A model generated the notes under the pieces. It was not told the DNA's origin and did not search any database. It saw only the letters and a program-made list of their open reading frames with translations. From Trypanosoma brucei (taxonomy: Eukaryota), in assembly GCA_000002445.1 (NCBI GenBank), contig CH464491.1:4032001-4096000 (forward strand): a stretch of DNA of 64,000 nt, given 5' to 3'. Of the stretch, positions 59,755-64,000 are shown one piece after another. The position numbers were made by a program, and so were the translations under genes. The stretch's first letter is position 1. Every line of letters begins with the position of its first letter.

Positions 59755-61353
59755 CTAGGTCTCCGGCCTTTCAACCTCCGAAATGGTCACCAACATATCC
59801 GTCAACTTTTCAGTGACACTCTGTGTTAACTGCTCTTCGAGTTGCTGCATTGCTGTTACCATTCTTTGAACGGTCTCCCGACTGCCCACCTGATAGCGCA
59901 CTACAACTGAGTTAATGTCCTTCACGTAATTACGCATGTGACGCATATGCTGCACCAACTGCCCCTGGTGAGAAGGCGGTTGATGTAACGGTGCATGGGG
60001 TTTGTAACATGGACTCGGCGAACCCGGAACGGTCGACCTCGACCCCCACACCTCAACCTTCTTCTGTTCAAGTTTCTGAAAAGGGCAAGCCACAATATCC
60101 GTATTGGGGGAAACACGGTTGTTGGGTGGGGCAGACTCACATTCCTTATTCGCTTCTCGTATTTCCTCATATTCTTCCTTATCCCCTTCACCTCTTCCTT
60201 CCCCGCCAGTCAGTGTGTTGTCATCGGACTCCTCCTCCGCGCAGTCACCATCGGCAGTAAACGTAACGCTTGGGGTGCTGAAGAGTCGGTGAGGAGCACC
60301 CGCCCCCAGTGGCCGGGGTGGGGGAGAGTGTGGCTCACAAGGATGCTCGGGGAGGAGCCGTGGCGGGGAATATCGCCGAGTTGGCAGACTTTGAGGGTTG
60401 GCGGTGGGGGGACGCGGGGGACCACCGTCAGCCCCGGCGTTCGGCCGACAAAGCGGGGAGTGTGGCGAGGTGCCTAACCTTACCGCATTCTCTGCATGGC
60501 GTCGCGACGACTTTTTCTGTGGTACAGGTGATGGACATCGAGCAAGTAGGTGACCCAGACGCTCCGCGTTCAGCTTGATGATGGACTCTGTGCGCGACAG
60601 GAGGCGTGCAGCAGCACGGCTAGCAGTCTGCGAAACAGAACTGACATGAACATCGAGACCGATAACACGTTCCGCTCGTTCCAACCCTCTTACAAGGAAA
60701 GCAGCAACAACATCATCCATGTGCTGCACGTCCAATACTACATGTACGCCGTTATGTTGTCGGATGCACGGTGACGGTGGCCCTGCGGCCCTTGCGTTCA
60801 GGAGAGCTGGAGAGCACAGTCTCTGGTATATAGGGTTACAGCACATGTCCATGTCGTTGGCCCGTTGTGCCTCACAGGCTTTGAGTGCAAAACGCCCATT
60901 TTCCCTCTCCGGTGCCCCTGATGGTGACGGCTGAGCCACGCGTTGGGCATGCGAGTACTCTTCACCGTTGGGAACTCTGCATCGCGCGTCAGTAGATGGC
61001 CTGGAGGGTCTGTAGGAAAGTGTGAAGTGAGCCAGGGCCGACATCAACACCTTAGACTGTAAGACACTGATGCCACCAACCAACCGAAGATACTGAAGGC
61101 CTCGACAGCGTGACGCACCGAGTAATACGACCTTAAGTGATTCCGGTGGGATGTATTGTGTGTGAAGAGTAACTGTAGTGAGTGAAGTGTTTGACTCAAG
61201 CATAGGTTTCAGCCACTGCGCCACAGGTAACGACACGGCACCCTGTGGCGTACTTCCTAGTGTTACTCTGGAGATCTTATTGTGAAAAAGCGCCATAACA
61301 ACCGCATGAATCATCGCCGTCAGGCCCACTGCACAGACCTTGGTACCTAACAC
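59755..61353 (-). CDS. Hypothetical protein, 532 aa, Pro/Ser-rich central region.
   Basis: Co-oriented ORF. No recognisable domain. Confidence 0.5.
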   Translation of the reverse strand: MLGTKVCAVGLTAMIHAVVMALFHNKISRVTLGSTPQGAVSLPVAQWLKPMLESNTSLTTVTLHTQYIPPESLKVVLLGASRCRGLQYLRLVGGISVLQSKVLMSALAHFTLSYRPSRPSTDARCRVPNGEEYSHAQRVAQPSPSGAPERENGRFALKACEAQRANDMDMCCNPIYQRLCSPALLNARAAGPPSPCIRQHNGVHVVLDVQHMDDVVAAFLVRGLERAERVIGLDVHVSSVSQTASRAAARLLSRTESIIKLNAERLGHLLARCPSPVPQKKSSRRHAENAVRLGTSPHSPLCRPNAGADGGPPRPPTANPQSLPTRRYSPPRLLPEHPCEPHSPPPRPLGAGAPHRLFSTPSVTFTADGDCAEEESDDNTLTGGEGRGEGDKEEYEEIREANKECESAPPNNRVSPNTDIVACPFQKLEQKKVEVWGSRSTVPGSPSPCYKPHAPLHQPPSHQGQLVQHMRHMRNYVKDINSVVVRYQVGSRETVQRMVTAMQQLEEQLTQSVTEKLTDMLVTISEVERPET

Positions 61354-61857
61354 CGTAGTACAAAGTACAGAAATATATATATTTCTTTACGTATAGCGTG
61401 CGTTGAACCCTTGTAACTTGTTGGGGTGTGTGGGGTCTCAGTATCGCCTCCTGGAGTGCGCTGGGTGAGGAAGATAGTACCAAATTACAAAAAGAGGACG
61501 GAAAGATTACGGGATACAGGCAAAAGCGGCAAGAGGCTGAGAACACCAAATGCCCAGGATACTAACAGCGGGTATATACACCATAAAAATCAGACGCTGC
61601 TGGGGATAAAGGAGACCACTTGCAAAAAGAAAGGGGAAGGGATGTGCTTTAGGAACTAGATTCGTCATTGAAAAACAATAAAGAAAAACACTAAAGAAAA
61701 CCACTGGGTGCAAGTGAATGGTGCCACAACTGGGCCAACGTACAAGTGCACCAGCGCCAGTGGTAGTTCTTGAGGGCACAACCCGCGCACGTTCTATACT
61801 CAGCGAGGCGCGTACAAGTACTACAAAGGAGCGTGAAGATTGACGCTTATTCCCAGG

Positions 61858-61858
61858 C

Positions 61859-61891
<33 letters not shown>

Positions 61892-61908
61892 TGATATATG
61901 ATATATCT
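61858..61908. repeat. (TA)n microsatellite (interrupted).
   Basis: atatacatatatatatatatatatatatatatgatatatgatatat read directly. Intergenic. Confidence 0.9.
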
Positions 61909-63095
61909 CCTCCCGTGCTTATTCGTAGAGGTATTATGTTGAAAACTTTTGCGGGTCGGATACCTTTGTCGTGACGTCATGCGACACTTGCATAAGCTCC
62001 TCTCCAATGCCTGTCAACCGTTTGCTTTGCGCTGTGTGTGCGTCAAGGACCCTAATAAATACAAAGTGATGATACAAGGAAAAGCTTGTCACCACTCCAG
62101 CAGCAAATCCGGCGATTTTGATCCTGAGCATTTGGCTGAACAAAACTACTGCTGATTCTTTAGGCGAAACGCAGCAGACACCAAAATATATATATATATT
62201 CACACATACTTCGGGTGTATACAAATGCACCAAATATATGATGGGAGAAAAGTGAGATGTCACAAGGAAAGAGAAAAAAGCTGGTGAAGAGCTGAAGTGG
62301 AGGCAACGATGCATTCTTGCATCACAAAGATTCGCGTATGGTTGGCTGGAAATAAAACAAATACATGTGGAGGAGGGGGAGTGAACCGCTAGGAGGAGGG
62401 CGAACAGTGACGGAAAGTGTGGAAGAAAACTAATAATATTAATAACAATAATGGTAACAATAGAACCTTTTCCCGTGCACCACGCACTTTCTGATTTGCT
62501 GGCGATGCGCCCACCACTGATATATGCAAGCAGTCAGTTGCACAACACAACAATAACATCGCGCATTGGCGAGATCGTCAATCCCTCCTCGCATTCGCTA
62601 CAGTTGTTTCATTTTTACTTTTATTTCTCTCACAGAGCATATCATAAAAGCAAAGTCTCTCCACATGCATCTGGATCAATTCAACACCCCTCGCTAGACG
62701 AAGCCAACCGGTGCAAAAACAATTTAATGTAGACAAAACGAAGTAAAAAAAAAAGGAAAAGGTGCTCGCGCGTCTTCCTACACGCCATCTTCATTTGGTG
62801 TCTGTTTTGTTCCCACTGAACATGACATCACATCCCCCGAGGTTCGACGACTCGAGTTGCATGATACCACTTCATCGGAGATTTTTTCCCCACGCCCTTC
62901 TTTTTTTTGCTCATAACCTCCTTCCAAACCCCAGTGTGCGGCTGGACTAAACGCAATCATATGCCCAAACATCCCCTCCTCCCTCTTTATCACCACCGAA
63001 GACGACATTCTTCACGTGTTGGTAAGTGAGAGTTCTCTCGCCAGTATCTTCATTTTGCATCAAGGCAAGAACGCGCGCAGTAGAGTGGATTATTC

Positions 63096-63485
63096 TCAGT
63101 TGGAAAGGCGTACGGTGATATGATTCTCCCCATCCACAGAAAATGGCAAGTCATTCAGCGAGAGAGGGTCAAGTAATTGGCGATCTTCAAAAAAGAGAGT
63201 TGTGCGCTCATACGGCAAACCATCCACATCCTCCAATTGTGCCTTCAGGTACGACACCGTCTGTCCCATAAAATGTTCCCGGTGCTGTACGGAGCCATCT
63301 GGTAGGTGGAAGACAAGTTTCAGTAATTCACCGGCCAGTTCGCGCTCTTCGCCTGTGAGCTGATCAATCTGCGGTCTCTTCGGCTTTGGCTTGCCGTTTG
63401 CAGCTTCCTCAGCGTCGTCCACTGGGCCCTTCGGCGTTGCCTCCCACTCATCCGCAGAGTCACTGAAATCGGCTACCTCACTCAT
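63096..63485 (-). CDS. Small acidic hypothetical protein (129 aa), possible beta-grasp/ubiquitin-like C-terminal half.
   Basis: Co-oriented ORF. LVFHLPDGSVQHREHFMGQTVSYLKAQLEDVDGLPYERTTLFFEDRQL has a ubiquitin-like alternation pattern. Weak evidence. Confidence 0.35.
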   Translation of the reverse strand: MSEVADFSDSADEWEATPKGPVDDAEEAANGKPKPKRPQIDQLTGEERELAGELLKLVFHLPDGSVQHREHFMGQTVSYLKAQLEDVDGLPYERTTLFFEDRQLLDPLSLNDLPFSVDGENHITVRLSN

Positions 63486-64000
63486 CGGAAGGAAAATATA
63501 TTTTTTTTCTCCACTGAAACCCTTTTTTCTCCCTTATCAAGCTAATAGCTTACATTGCAGTGTAACACCATATATGATTTTCGGATGTAGGAAAAAAAGG
63601 GATAAGTGTGATTCACTTGAAGGCGAGAGTGAAGGGAGTGGATTGAAACCTTGGAATGACATGAGCACTCCCAGCAAGATACGGTAAAAAATTAAAAGGC
63701 GGGGGCTCTCCTGCTAGGAGTAGTGCGCGAAAGTCTGCCAAACAGCTCGATCTCGCTCAGTATAAACAAGCCTCCCTGCTCTCTCCCAACGCGAGATATG
63801 ACAAAACTTGACACCAAACGATTAGTCACGAGCGGGGAGCCTTGTCGTTGGCAAGGGACCAGCACACGTGAGATGCCTCTCCACAATGACAAACCAAAAA
63901 CTTCCCTCCCCCACAATTTGTTACAATTTGATCATTTCCACGACTTGCGTAAGCATAACCTCTACAGAATCTCTGAAACCTAGCAATGTGACGTTACTGG

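Noticed and set aside
1-64000. Expectation of a novel prokaryotic-style system (defence island, operon, toxin-antitoxin).
   Set aside because: The sequence is eukaryotic and kinetoplastid: unidirectional intronless genes, spliced-leader-type polyY/AG signals, and homologues of nuclear pore, spliceosome and histone-deacetylase proteins. Gene adjacency here does not imply co-function.

Overview
This 64-kb window is a eukaryotic, kinetoplastid-type chromosomal segment, not a prokaryotic one. Every credible gene (about 30) is an intronless ORF on the minus strand, consistent with a single polycistronic transcription unit. The plus-strand ORFs in the track are antisense shadows of minus-strand genes or of repeat arrays. 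Several proteins are recognisable directly from sequence. One is a minimal RNA uridylyltransferase whose Asp66/Asp68/Asp136/Asn147/Ser148 positions match, from memory, Trypanosoma brucei TUT4. Immediately downstream is a Nudix hydrolase with a mitochondrial-type presequence, which is the MERS1 arrangement. The others are an HDAC-family protein, an FG-nucleoporin, an ERG4/ERG24-type sterol reductase, NADH-cytochrome b5 reductase, a DEAD-box helicase, an enlarged methionyl-tRNA formyltransferase, an EF-2-like Snu114/U5-116K GTPase, an eIF3k-like protein, an NSUN-family m5C RNA methyltransferase and a HAD-family hydrolase. From this I infer T. brucei chromosome 11 around the TUT4/MERS1 locus; that is recall and inference, not a database hit. 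There are two striking tandem-repeat genes. A 2293-aa protein carries about 28.6 nearly identical 162-bp (54-aa) repeats spanning about 4.6 kb. A 718-aa protein carries about 36 copies of a 24-bp (EEEARLRA) repeat that vary only at synonymous sites. There are no tRNAs, rRNAs, CRISPR arrays, mobile elements or strand-switch regions. Intergenic regions hold microsatellites, long G/C homopolymers and one perfect 20-bp hairpin. An additional edge-truncated minus-strand ORF (1..1627) is absent from the ORF track; I translated it by hand and found it open for 542 codons. The most interesting single observation is that the HDAC-family gene carries Asn at three canonical catalytic or zinc-ligand positions, which predicts a pseudo-deacetylase.
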